Source of the DNA: Paraspadella gotoi
Lineage: Eukaryota; Animalia; Chaetognatha
Direction of reading: 5' to 3'
Assembly (NCBI GenBank): GCA_051294375.1
Contig: JBJCIZ010001657.1
Location: forward strand, 1-11,593
DNA length: 11,593 bases
Shown here: positions 1-8,860 of the stretch, one piece after another
Position numbering within the stretch: the first letter of the stretch is position 1
How the letters are laid out: every line of letters begins with the position of its first letter
The notes under the pieces: generated by a model
The model's database searches: none
What the model saw: the letters and a program-made list of their open reading frames with translations, nothing else
Told to the model about the DNA's origin: nothing
Program-made: the position numbers and the translations under genes

Positions 1-717
1 CGCAACCTCGAGCAGGTCCAGATGAAGACTGCACTTTGTGCACACCACATCTTTGTCAGGCTGCGTAAGTTAAAAATGCCGACACCGGCGGCGCAGAGGT
101 AAAGCATCAGCCCGAGATTCCCACTCAGCTAACTTCGCGGCGCAAATGGCAAGTAAAGTAGGTATGTCAGCGAGCGAGACAAAGGAGACTTCCAACAAGT
201 TCTTTTTTGTTCTGTCGTAGTCCAAAAGACAGGCCAGAGAACGACTGTCTTTCACATTTTCCCTAACTCAGGACATGCACTTCGGCCTGCTTCCAGTCCG
301 GTTAAAACGATCAAAAAACGTCCGGAGCTCGCCGAACAAAAGGTCCGACGAAGACGAAGCGTCGGCTACAGAAAAAACGACCGCATAATCCCGCGTTAAG
401 AACAGTACTCGGTTCGAGGCCGACCCTCGCGTGCCTGCTGTGGAAGCTTTGTCAATGAAACGGACTGTGGTTTATTTTTCCAAAGCCACTGTGGTTCCGC
501 CCGAAAGCTAAACCAGAACTAATCTTTCACGAGCTTCTTTCGCCGAATAAAAGTTTCGGAGACGGCTTTCAATCTCGTCAATATCAACGCCGTCGGTTCG
601 AACAAAGTTCCCGTCGAAAAGTTTCGTCTGATGGTACTTTTCGAGTCTCCATTTAAAAACCACTCTTTCACTGGACCGCTTTATTTGGTAGATCCTTGAC
701 ACTGGATCGTCACTCAG
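1..717 (-). pseudogene. Stop-interrupted reading frame (~239 codons, runs off the window edge); possible transposon- or virus-derived relic
   Basis: Track ORFs 508..702 and 70..255 are in the same minus frame. Manual translation continues it from 717 to 1 with four stops (TAG 510-508, TAA 474-472, TGA 270-268, TAA 72-70) and no frameshift: LSDDPVSRIYQ...KWRLEKYHQTKLFDGNF...LVLV*LSGGTTVALEK*TTVRF...PKCMS*VRENVKDS...RRCRHF*LTQPDKDVVCTKCSLHLDLLEVA. It is visibly richer in GC and CpG than the rest of the window. Confidence 0.45.
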
Positions 718-752
718 CTAAAAATTTTTTGAAGCTAGAAGTTCTAGTTACC

Positions 753-851
753 ATGGTTCACAACATCATAACGGTGATATTTTGGTATCATTATTATTTG
801 GCTGGAAACGAGGCATTCATCTTGAGAGACTCTTCGGTATTAAAAATATTG
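753..851 (+). CDS. Candidate first exon (signal-peptide-like) of the LRR gene, with indels
   Basis: ATG at 753 in ccATGg context gives MVHNIITVI; a hydrophobic ILVSLLF follows in a shifted frame, then GNEAFIL. Strong donor G|GTAAGT at 852 and acceptor tcgcag ending at 939 define an 88-nt intron. The link to the LRR exons is inference. Confidence 0.35.
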
Positions 852-939
852 GTAAGTTTCGTTAAGTCCTGAAAAATATTATTAACAGTTAAAAATTAAT
901 AATAGCTATATAACGTTAAAACTGAAATAACTATCGCAG

Positions 940-1360
940 GATTCACCAAGACTTTAGCCGAAGCCTCGACTGCCTCCACAAGGGAATTAAAAATTACTAG
1001 ATCAAGATGCGATCAAACTATTAAGATAAAAATATTTTTTTTCAAAAATGATCGCAATATGTCGAGCTCAATCAGTCTCATCACGAGATCGCGGGAAAAA
1101 CAAACAAACACTTCTTCTTACAAAGAGAAGACAGTAAATTTGGAGAAAAGTTGCGTCTTCCGGTAGCACTTCAAAAGTGAAGAAGGTCATCGGCGACTGT
1201 CCGTCCAGAATCTACGCTTTATTTGAAAATAGGATCCCTCAAGTATTTCTTCGCAACGATACTATTGGGGCGGAGAAGTGTTAAGTATCCCAGGGGTCAC
1301 TTGATTCATGAAGCATTTCGTGAATGAATATAGCCACGACAACCAAGAAACAGCAAAAAG
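940..1360 (+). CDS. Candidate exon with an LRR N-terminal cap-like Cys motif, with indels
   Basis: Bounded by an acceptor at 939 and donor AAG|GTAAAA at 1361, followed by a 73-nt gap ending ttttcaag at 1433. It contains fragments KSCVFR and KKVIGDCPSRIYALFENRIPQVF, loosely resembling LRRNT (C..C..DCs....IP). No continuous frame. Confidence 0.25.
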
Positions 1361-1990
1361 GTAAAATCAGGATGAAATATGGAACAGTTAGCATAAAAGA
1401 GTTACGTTCTTAAAATCGGGAGACTTTTTCAAGATTCGTTAAATGTACAAATTCAGCCTGGAAATCAGTAAAAAATGTAAACACGATTCCGATCTGTTCA
1501 CTAAGGCCATTTTTCTGAAATAACCATCATTTTGCCAAATCGTTCAATGAAGGCGCGAATTGACAATTATATTAAAATAGATCTCACAATATTCAACTAG
1601 AGTGCTTTAATATTCATTCAGAACATACAATTAAGCCTAAATTTCTTCAACATTTTTGTATTTTATATGATACGACTGTAATGAATTGTATTTGTGATTT
1701 ATTAAAGAAATAGGGACTACGATCATTCTAGATTCACCGGAGTAATCGGAAAAATCTTATTGATCTCCAAAGGGTGATTCCGAATTTTGGTTAATATTTA
1801 TATTAGTCATTTTTATTTAAAAACAATTGCATCATTTACATGGCGGATATAATTTAGACTTTTGTCAAGCTATCTAAGTGCATAAACTTTGTTACCAATT
1901 ATTATTTACGTTATTAATATAACTAAAGTGATAGATAACCCGAATTTCTTTTTATTTTTAAACTTCAGGTTGTGACCTTTTTTTTCCCAC

Positions 1991-2044
1991 GGGTAGGGAG
2001 TGTTAGGGTTAAGCCGTGGTTTAGGTGTTAGGGCGTGGTTAGGG
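1991..2044 (+). repeat. G-rich tract with degenerate telomere-like TTAGG(G) units
   Basis: TTAGGG at 2003-2008, 2028-2033 and 2039-2044, TTAGG at 2021-2025; five GGG runs starting at 1991, 1996, 2006, 2031 and 2042 in very AT-rich flanks. Confidence 0.7.
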
Positions 2045-2554
2045 TAAGTAATATTTATTATTAACTCTTTTTTTAAAATAATATGTATTTTAAATGGTTT
2101 TCAAAAGCCGCCAAAATCGCGGTCGACGAAGTAAAATTTAGCCAATAAATCTATTTATTAATAATATTCAATACAGAATACATTTTGGATGTATACTGCG
2201 GTTCAATTTAATCCATATTCAACTTCTGTGTTGTGATTGAACTTATGTAATACTAGGGGAGACTTAACTCAGTAGGTGGTAAGAAATTGCCATTAAGCAC
2301 TCTGCTCAAACGCAAAATTTAGACATTTTTAAAAAAAAATTTGAATAGACAAATTTTTTTTTATATTACTCATACTTTCAATTATTTAATTTTTAAATAT
2401 TTATTTATAAATAGAAAGGCTAAAATTTTTTTTGATTTTTGATTTTTTTTAAGATCAGATTCAGGTAGCTTGCAAAAAGTTGTCTACACAAAGTATAATT
2501 CATTTTTCGATATTTAATCATAAGTATGTGAAAAATATGAAAAAATTATTTATA

Positions 2555-2571
2555 ATCATCATCATCATCAT
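2555..2571. repeat. (ATC)5 microsatellite
   Basis: atcatcatcatcatcat read directly. Confidence 0.85.
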
Positions 2572-3366
2572 TTTTCTGCATAATTTTATTACTTTTTCTT
2601 AATTTTGACCACATAGCAAAACATAAATATTTTAGGACAAGTTGTAGTAAATTTTTTATTTACAACTTTTTATGCCTTCTATCAGAATCCATCAAAAAAT
2701 ATTAAATTGCATTTAAAAAATTCGTTTTATCATTAGGTATAGTTAATATTGTAATTTTAATAGCAACAATAAAACTTTAAAATCGAACATTTTTTAAAAA
2801 ATCTCTTTTTTTACCTAAAAGTAGAACTTCAAGAATAAAGTTTTGAACCCCCCCCTATGAATTTAATAGTAGATTTCTAGTAATAGAGCGTTTAAATTTC
2901 ACCTTATAAACGAGTTTTTGGAATTTTATTTTTTTGTAAATATTATTTTTTAAGAAAAATAACCAAAACTGCCAGAAAAATGGTGGGTAATAGAAATGGC
3001 TGTCTATTTAATGTCTATACTTGTTTCAATGCTCCAGATATTCAGTTTCGGCGCGAGTATTCGCAGTGTAACCCACTTTTTAGTTAATTATATTACCAAA
3101 AATGCTATTGTGCTTAGGTTCATAGGTAAATACGTCACATATTAAAAAATTAAACGGATTAATTCATAAAATATAGTTATTAAGATATTTTATACTTGTA
3201 TAAGTGTAAATCAGGCACCCGATATATACAGTTAGGTTATCTGAAAAGTCTTTCGCATATTCGCCTAATACTGTGTGTTTAGCTAAAACTTTTGATAAGT
3301 GATCAACTATAAAAATGCTCGTTTGTGTTAATTTCCTTTCGCTTCGTTTGTTTATGTTAGATTTAC

Positions 3367-3536
3367 GAGAAAAACAAATTTATTTGTTTATTTACAACGA
3401 TTTTTTATTTCACATAGGAAACCATGTTTCGGCTTTATGTATTAGCTGATGAAGGCTTATACATAAAGCGAAACATGTCCCTATGATGAAATAAAAAAAT
3501 CGTTGTAAATTAAACAAATTAAACTTTGATTTTCTC
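3367..3536. mobile_element. Long inverted repeat, probable remnant of an inverted Penelope-like element (PLE) pseudo-LTR
   Basis: Arms of about 80 bp (3367-3446 and 3455-3536) with an 8-nt spacer, e.g. atttacaacgattttttatttca pairs with tgaaataaaaaaatcgttgtaaat and catgtttcggctttatgtat with atacataaagcgaaacatg. It holds a hammerhead core followed by AATAAA (3490-3495), an arrangement known for PLE termini. No RT or GIY-YIG ORF is seen. Confidence 0.7.
3446..3479 (+). ncRNA. Minimal type I hammerhead ribozyme motif (PLE type)
   Basis: CTGATGA (3446-3452), then AG, stem II GCTT/AAGC (3455-3458 with 3466-3469), GAAA (3470-3473), palindromic ACATGT helix III and a GTC triplet (3477-3479). Helix I pairs poorly because the 5' side is replaced by the inverted copy. 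Confidence 0.65.
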
Positions 3537-3703
3537 TCTTTAAAAATGCCTCGTTTTACTTAAAACGCTTTAATTTAACTTTAATAATCATAATCAAACA
3601 AAAAAGCATGCAACGGAAAAGTGACGAAATTAACCTAAAAAATAGAACTTGATAATTATATATTTTTTATTATTCGTAATATTTCCACAAAGCACAATAA
3701 AAA

Positions 3704-3839
3704 ATACAACATTCGGAACCCAAGAGCAATACAGATGAAAGCGTGCTCCATTATCGTGTGTGTGCAAAAGCGCAACAACATCTCATGGCGGAGAGCCAGC
3801 AAATAAAAAAAAAAGCCTTCTCTACACTTTTTACCAGTA
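3704..3839 (+). CDS. Candidate LRR-gene exon; 5' boundary unknown
   Basis: Near-open stretch ending ...QQHLMAESQQIKKKPSLHFLPV at donor GTAAGT (3840); a 66-nt intron leads to acceptor tttgttag (3905), directly before the clear LRR exon. Confidence 0.35.
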
Positions 3840-3905
3840 GTAAGTAAAACATAAACGCTATCGGGCTAAATTTATAGTTAAACAATGCTACCGAACCTTT
3901 GTTAG

Positions 3906-4122
3906 GATTTTCGCGCAGCCGTTCCCTGTCATACGCACTGAATGTGGACCTTTCAGCGAAATAGATTACATACATTTGCCGACGACGATATTCCGAAAAG
4001 ATGTCCACTTTACGCAGTCTTCTCCTGCCGAGACAATCATCTTACAGGACATTACATTGCTTGATTCTTCTTTGCGCTCGATAACCTCGAAAGAACTCAA
4101 CCTTCAGAGAAACAGAATACAA
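3906..4122 (+). CDS. LRR protein exon, frame broken by small insertions
   Basis: Removing bases at 3956, 3975, 3997, 4028, 4044, 4066-4067 and 4092 gives VDLSRNRLHTLPTTIFRKMSTLRSLLLRDNHLQDITLLDFFALDNLEELNLQRNRIQ, with conserved Asn residues exactly 24 aa apart (LxxLxLxxNxLxxLpxxxF). Acceptor at 3905, phase-0 donor GTAAGA at 4123. Confidence 0.85.
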
Positions 4123-4179
4123 GTAAGAATCGCAGGTGAAACGTTAACAATTAATCTAAAGCCTTCTCCACAATGACAG

Positions 4180-4341
4180 ACAGTTCGATGCTGATGCATT
4201 TCTTGCTTCACACCGAATTTTGAAAATTACTATCAATGGCAAGAAATCAAAATAAACAGACTGCGAATATGAGTTTATTACCCCGAGATGCCCATTTGCA
4301 TTAAGTTAAAAGAACTGGATATTGACAAATAACAAAATACG
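4180..4341 (+). CDS. LRR protein exon, frame broken by small insertions
   Basis: After a 57-nt intron ending gacag (4179), insertion-corrected reading gives TVDADAFLxxPNLKLLSMARNQINRL...MPICIKLKELDLTNNKIR, continuing the 24-aa period across the junction. Donor CG|GTAGGA at 4342. Confidence 0.8.
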
Positions 4342-4472
4342 GTAGGAAATAGGAGCATCGTTCTGTAGGCTCATCATAATCTAAAACAACATTAAACAAC
4401 AAAATAGGCGATTTCATCAGCTGTCGTTATTAGATGCAAATATACAAAAAAGTATATATATGTAATATACAC

Positions 4473-4500
4473 TATACAGGGAGGTCCAACTCTTTTTGGG
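4473..4500 (+). mobile_element. Possible left terminus of a Tc1/mariner-type MITE
   Basis: TATACAGGGAGGTCC resembles the TA-flanked TACAGGGTG(T)CC termini common in insect Tc1/mariner-derived elements. No convincing partner TIR was found. Confidence 0.25.
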
Positions 4501-5118
4501 ACTAACTTCAAGTTGTTTACAGCACGAAACTTAAGCTAAATTTTCCTTTTGATTGATATCAAAATTGTCAGAAATATTATTTAGCGGCAACTCCTGCAAT
4601 GATTGCTTTTTACATAACATGTCATATTCTTTTACGCGCCGATTCCTTACAAAATTTTAAGTGGGGGATGAGCACGTTTCTAAACAACATCATGTTTATT
4701 TATCAAAATTGGTAAGCCGTTTCGGATAGGACAATTGCAAACATTACTCTACATTGCATTAATTTCATCATAATCCGATAATCGTTCAAAAAAGTAATCG
4801 CCAAAAAAGCAATTTTCCCAAAAATCGCTCTTCAAACCGATCAACCTTCCTTTAAAATCGAGCTCGTTTGATCAACAAAGATTAGTACTATGCCGTAGCT
4901 ACTAAGCTTTAAGAAACGCGCGCACAGTGAGATCCTGGGCCTGCAATTTTTCAGAAAAATCCCGTTCAATTTATTAAAAATAATTTTTATTATATATTAA
5001 TATAAATTTTTTTATTAATTTATTTGAATATTAAATAATTAAAATATATTTTTTTATAATTTTAAATAATTAAATAAAAATTATTTTAAATAAAATAATA
5101 TATTATTATCAGATTATA

Positions 5119-5275
5119 TAATAATAATAAAATAAAATAATAATAATAAAAATAATAATAATAAAATAATAATCATAATTAAAAAATAAAAATTAAAAAA
5201 TAAAATCATTAGTATATTTATTGTTTTATTATTATTTTATTATTATTATTATATTATTATTATTATTATTATTTA
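5119..5275. repeat. Inverted (AAT)n/(ATT)n microsatellite pair inside an AT-only tract
   Basis: Imperfect (AAT)n at about 5119-5172 switches to imperfect (ATT)n at about 5225-5275, so the two halves are complementary. Confidence 0.8.
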
Positions 5276-5569
5276 AATAAAAAAATAAATTTTTTTGATT
5301 TATTATATTTAATATGATTATTATATTTTATTAAAATTAAAAATTTTTATTTTAATTTTTATACTTTTTTAATCTCTTATACCATAATAATAAAAAAATT
5401 CTGCAGTTTAAAAAAATTAATTTATTTTATGTAAAATATATTTTTTGCTATACATACTATACTTTTTAATAAAATATAGTCACTACTTCTCAGACTTGAA
5501 TAAAAAAATTTATTTTCAACACTATAATTATATTTATATAAAATAATTTTTATATATTTATAGTATTTA

Positions 5570-5606
5570 TATATACTATATATATATATATATATATTAT
5601 ATATAT
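5570..5606. repeat. Imperfect (TA)n microsatellite
   Basis: tatatactatatatatatatatatattatatatatt read directly. Confidence 0.85.
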
Positions 5607-6519
5607 TAAAAATTATTTTCTAGCCATTTGGGACACTTCACAAAGCAACACTGTGCGACGATTTTTATTTTTAATAAGTTTTATTTGGGACTTTTTTTAA
5701 ATTTTGCATCTATATTGACGAAAACGCTTTTTTGAATTAGCCCGCGCTTCTACCTTGATTTGAATAGTAGAATCAATACAGTTTCTGTCAATTGTGAACA
5801 TAATTGCAAAAAAATGAGGCTTGGACTATGCAGTTTTCACCTAAAAAAACCAGTTCATTTGATTGCTTTATCAGAGCAATTAACGATTGCGCAAGAATTT
5901 TTAATTTTGCTTTTTTTTCATTCATGTAAGAGAGACAATAATAGTTTCGGAAACTGGCACTATATATGTCATGATTTGCGTCTTTTTTACCTACAAGAGC
6001 CAGGAGGTTTTCTTGGAATAGGAAAAAACGCCCTGACTAGTCATTTAACATACCATTTTGGGGCATGATAAAATGGGAATTTCGATCCGCTCTTACCTCC
6101 ATTGGCTTCCCAAGCGACGCCAAGCTTTCGAAATCTGCCCATACTGACATAATTTGTTTTGGCCTTGAATATTGCAAGTTTATGAAATAGAAGAGAATAT
6201 ATAAAGGAAATCTTTGATCGGTAGCTTCGATCTCGCAACGATGTCATCTCTATTTTAATGTAATTTTGGAAAAAAATTAAGAATGAAACGATTTTGATTC
6301 CTGATTTTTGACGCATAGGTATTCTTGAATGCAACTCCATTTAATCAAAATTAGCGCATAGAAAGCACAGAATGCACCTTCGATTTTCTGAAATCTGCAA
6401 ATAGTGGTAAGAATAGTCGGCATTCCTAATCGGGCGCCGGTTCACCAAAAGCATATGCCCCCTCTCTGAACCACTATAAAAAAGGTCATGGCTTGCCCCG
6501 GAAATTGATTTTTATAAAA

Positions 6520-7190
6520 TAAAAATCTGGTTGTCATTACAATTCTTCTATATATGGTAACAATTTTCATATCATACTTTTATATTTACCCATCCCAAAC
6601 CTTATTTTTTTAAATTTAGTCCCAAAACGGCTGTACCTCTCTCTACAGTCAAATTCTTTTCTTTTTCTTTTAAAACTAATTGCTCCATTCGTTTAAAAAA
6701 ATTAATAAGAAAAATGATGCTACAATACTCATTCACGTTAAAAAGTTTTTATTTACGTTGAAATCAGCACTGTCATTAATGGAAGCCTCCGAACTTAAAA
6801 ATCACTAAATTGTTGAGTCAAATCTACATTCGCGCAAACTAGATTATACTTCCTTCTCTGGATTAAAAAGTTTAGAAATCTTAAAAATTTAAACTGGATA
6901 ACTAAGTCGGTTATAAAATTATTTCCAAAAATTTAAGGTATAACTTCTCGACTTCTTACTGAAAGCGAATTATGCATTTTGACGATTGATTCGAAAAACT
7001 TTTCAAATTTACCAAATCTGAAATCTCTTTGCGACGTCTTGAAAAAAATTTTCAACCAGATAATTTGGACTTGAGTCATTCCAAAAACTCTGAAAAACTC
7101 TTCAATCTTGTTTCAAATTTATTCAAAAGATTATTGTGTGCCACTGCAGACTGGATCAAGCCTAATAAAGAGACGCCTAATCGATGTGTA
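6520..7190 (+). CDS. LRR-coding-like segment, heavily frameshifted; boundaries approximate
   Basis: Uncorrected in-frame fragments KLDYTSFSGLKSLEILK (6836-6886) and TIDSKNFSNLPNLKSL (6982-7029); also PNLK/SLN/VESN near 6789, PKTLK/TL/NLVSNLF near 7081 and CATADWIK near 7137 (LRRCT-like). Same strand as the clear LRR exons. Confidence 0.55.
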
Positions 7191-7559
7191 ATAACTTAAG
7201 TTAAAAATAATATTTCAAATAAGGTTAAAAAAATTTTGCGTAAAAGCGAAAATTAAGGATAACGACAAACTTATGAGCATCGACAAAAGAAGGGGAAAAA
7301 AAATCGCCATAACAATACGAAGACGACTACTCAAAAAAAACTTGTTCAGCTTCCTTAAAACAAATTAATGCTTTTCGGTAAACGAAACCGCTCGCCGGAT
7401 AATCCATTATCCAGTAACTGCATGAGTAAGTTAAAAGATTGTAAAAACAGTCACTGCCCTACCAGTTTTTCTTCAGGCGCTGTATGTATATTAAAAATAA
7501 AACGGCCTGCTTTTAACATTTGGCTACAAAAATAGTGAATACAATAACGGGTGCAACCC

Positions 7560-8860
7560 TTACTATTATTAATATTTCATGTCAATTTGCGGTATGATTT
7601 TTTTTTTGCTTATTGTGCATCTTCACTTACTGGGCGGTTGTGTGGTAATAAAACGAAAAATCTATGCGACTTTTTAATCATAAATTTATTTACAAATTTT
7701 ATTAATTCTTAGTCCAAACCGACTTGTTGCAAGGTTCTCAGAAAACTGTACATTCCTGTACCCGCCTTTATTGAATGGTATTACCCCAAATCATATTTCG
7801 TGCGATCGTGGAATGCGAAAAATCAAACGCCGCCTCCCTAAACGAATCGGATTTCGAGGGATAATTATTCTTAATTTCTTCGCTATGATAACATCTTTCC
7901 TACGTGTAAGAAGAATGCACTATTTTAAAGAATGAAGCCAATGGGAAGCTTTTCGTATATTTTCATATCGGAAGATGTGGCAATGACTCAACATTGTAAA
8001 TCCTAAGTATCGTTCTTAATTTGACCTTTTATCGCTGAGAAAAATTTTAAAAAAGCAAAAAATTTCCCCTTTCTTTTTCAACGTGTTTGCCTCTTTATTA
8101 TTTTCACCGCTTCTGACGCTTACAAATTATTAAAGTTAAAGTCTTTGCCTTTCATTTTTCTTTTAAAATAAAAAATTTTGCCGAATGCAAGCTAGACTAT
8201 TTCATTTTAAAAAACCTGATCATTTTATGTCAAACCGATTACCCCCAAAAAATTTAAACAAAAGGAAATGGACAAGTTGTTTTGACACAAAGCTATACGA
8301 ATCGGAAATTCGAAGTTATGTAAACATAGTAGCATCCCTGCTTTGCCAAATTTAAGTTTGTAAATATTTCCATATTCATTTCTATAGTAAAAACAGGTTT
8401 TGAAAATTTTCCCGGAGACATGAATAGTGAATTTCCCCCAGGCCTTGCTTTGACCATCAAAATCCTTTAATCAAAACGCGCCATAAAACGATAGGACAAG
8501 TCTTCAGCAATCAGAATAACGCTATCGGAATCGTGCATTTTACCTACACGTTTACCTAGGAAGCCGGAACTATAGAAAAAGGCAAAGCCAGTTGACTTTT
8601 TTCGTTATAATTTTTTTATATCGATAGATTGTGGAATGACGGGAATATTGTAAATCTCAAGTTATCGCTTTAATCGACCTCACATTGTGGAGACCAAAAT
8701 CTTAAGAAACCCATCAAAATTCCACCCCTTTTTTTTCAAACATTCTCGCCTTTTAAGACTTTTCGCCCCGATTCCTGACTTCCTCTTAAACAACCTTTAT
8801 AATTCCCGCCTAGTTAATTTTTTTTTCTTTAAGACGAGCGAAGGGAATCCACAAAACTTT
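7560..8860. repeat. Degenerate tandem duplication, period about 650 bp
   Basis: Collinear anchors: ATTTCATGTCAA 7574 vs ATTTTATGTCAAA 8222; AATCAAACGCCGCC 7821 vs AATCAAAACGCGCC 8470; TATCGGAAGATGTGGCAATGAC 7966 vs TATCGATAGATTGTGGAATGAC 8619; ATTGTAAATC 7993 vs 8647 (offsets 648-654). Confidence 0.65.

Larger units (their letters stand above)
4923..5655. mobile_element. Non-autonomous Transib-like DNA transposon with RSS-like ends
   Basis: CACAGTG at 4923-4929 and inverted CACTGTG at 5649-5655, flanked by CGCGCG (left) and CGACG (right), close to the CGNCG Transib target preference but not an exact duplication. A 20/21 inverted match lies subterminally (4977-4997 vs 5599-5619). The interior is almost pure A/T with no ORF. 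Confidence 0.6.

Noticed and set aside
487-493. Lone CACTGTG heptamer and ACTGTGGTT direct repeat (464, 488)
   Set aside because: Lies inside the minus-strand frame, has no inward-facing partner in the window, and matches this short are expected by chance.
2190-3275. Possible Tc1/mariner MITE debris (hairpin aagttgta..tacaactt near 2640-2668, cacccgatata near 3217-3227, ttaggttatctgaaaag near 3232-3248)
   Set aside because: Motifs look transposon-like but no matching TIR pair or TA duplication could be defined.
3751-4008. Minus-strand 85-aa ORF
   Set aside because: Antisense to the LRR exons and crosses their intron; no recognisable motif.
3976-4176. 66-aa ORF as a standalone gene
   Set aside because: It is a mosaic of in-frame and out-of-frame LRR exon sequence that reads into the intron at 4123.
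5623-5630. GCCATTTG resembling, from memory, the TR9 motif of amphioxus ProtoRAG ends
   Set aside because: Wrong orientation relative to the heptamer, imperfect, and absent from the other end.
5760-6340. ORFs 5760..6068 (+) and 6041..6340 (-)
   Set aside because: No domain or splice support; composition typical of chance ORFs in AT-rich repeat DNA.
7590-7935. Apparent transmembrane and LRRCT segments (MIFFLLIV; CTFLYPPLLNG...C; GIIILNFFAMITSFL) suggesting a Toll receptor
   Set aside because: They lie within the ~650-bp repeat, are not preserved in other copies, and no TIR motif follows, so Toll cannot be called.
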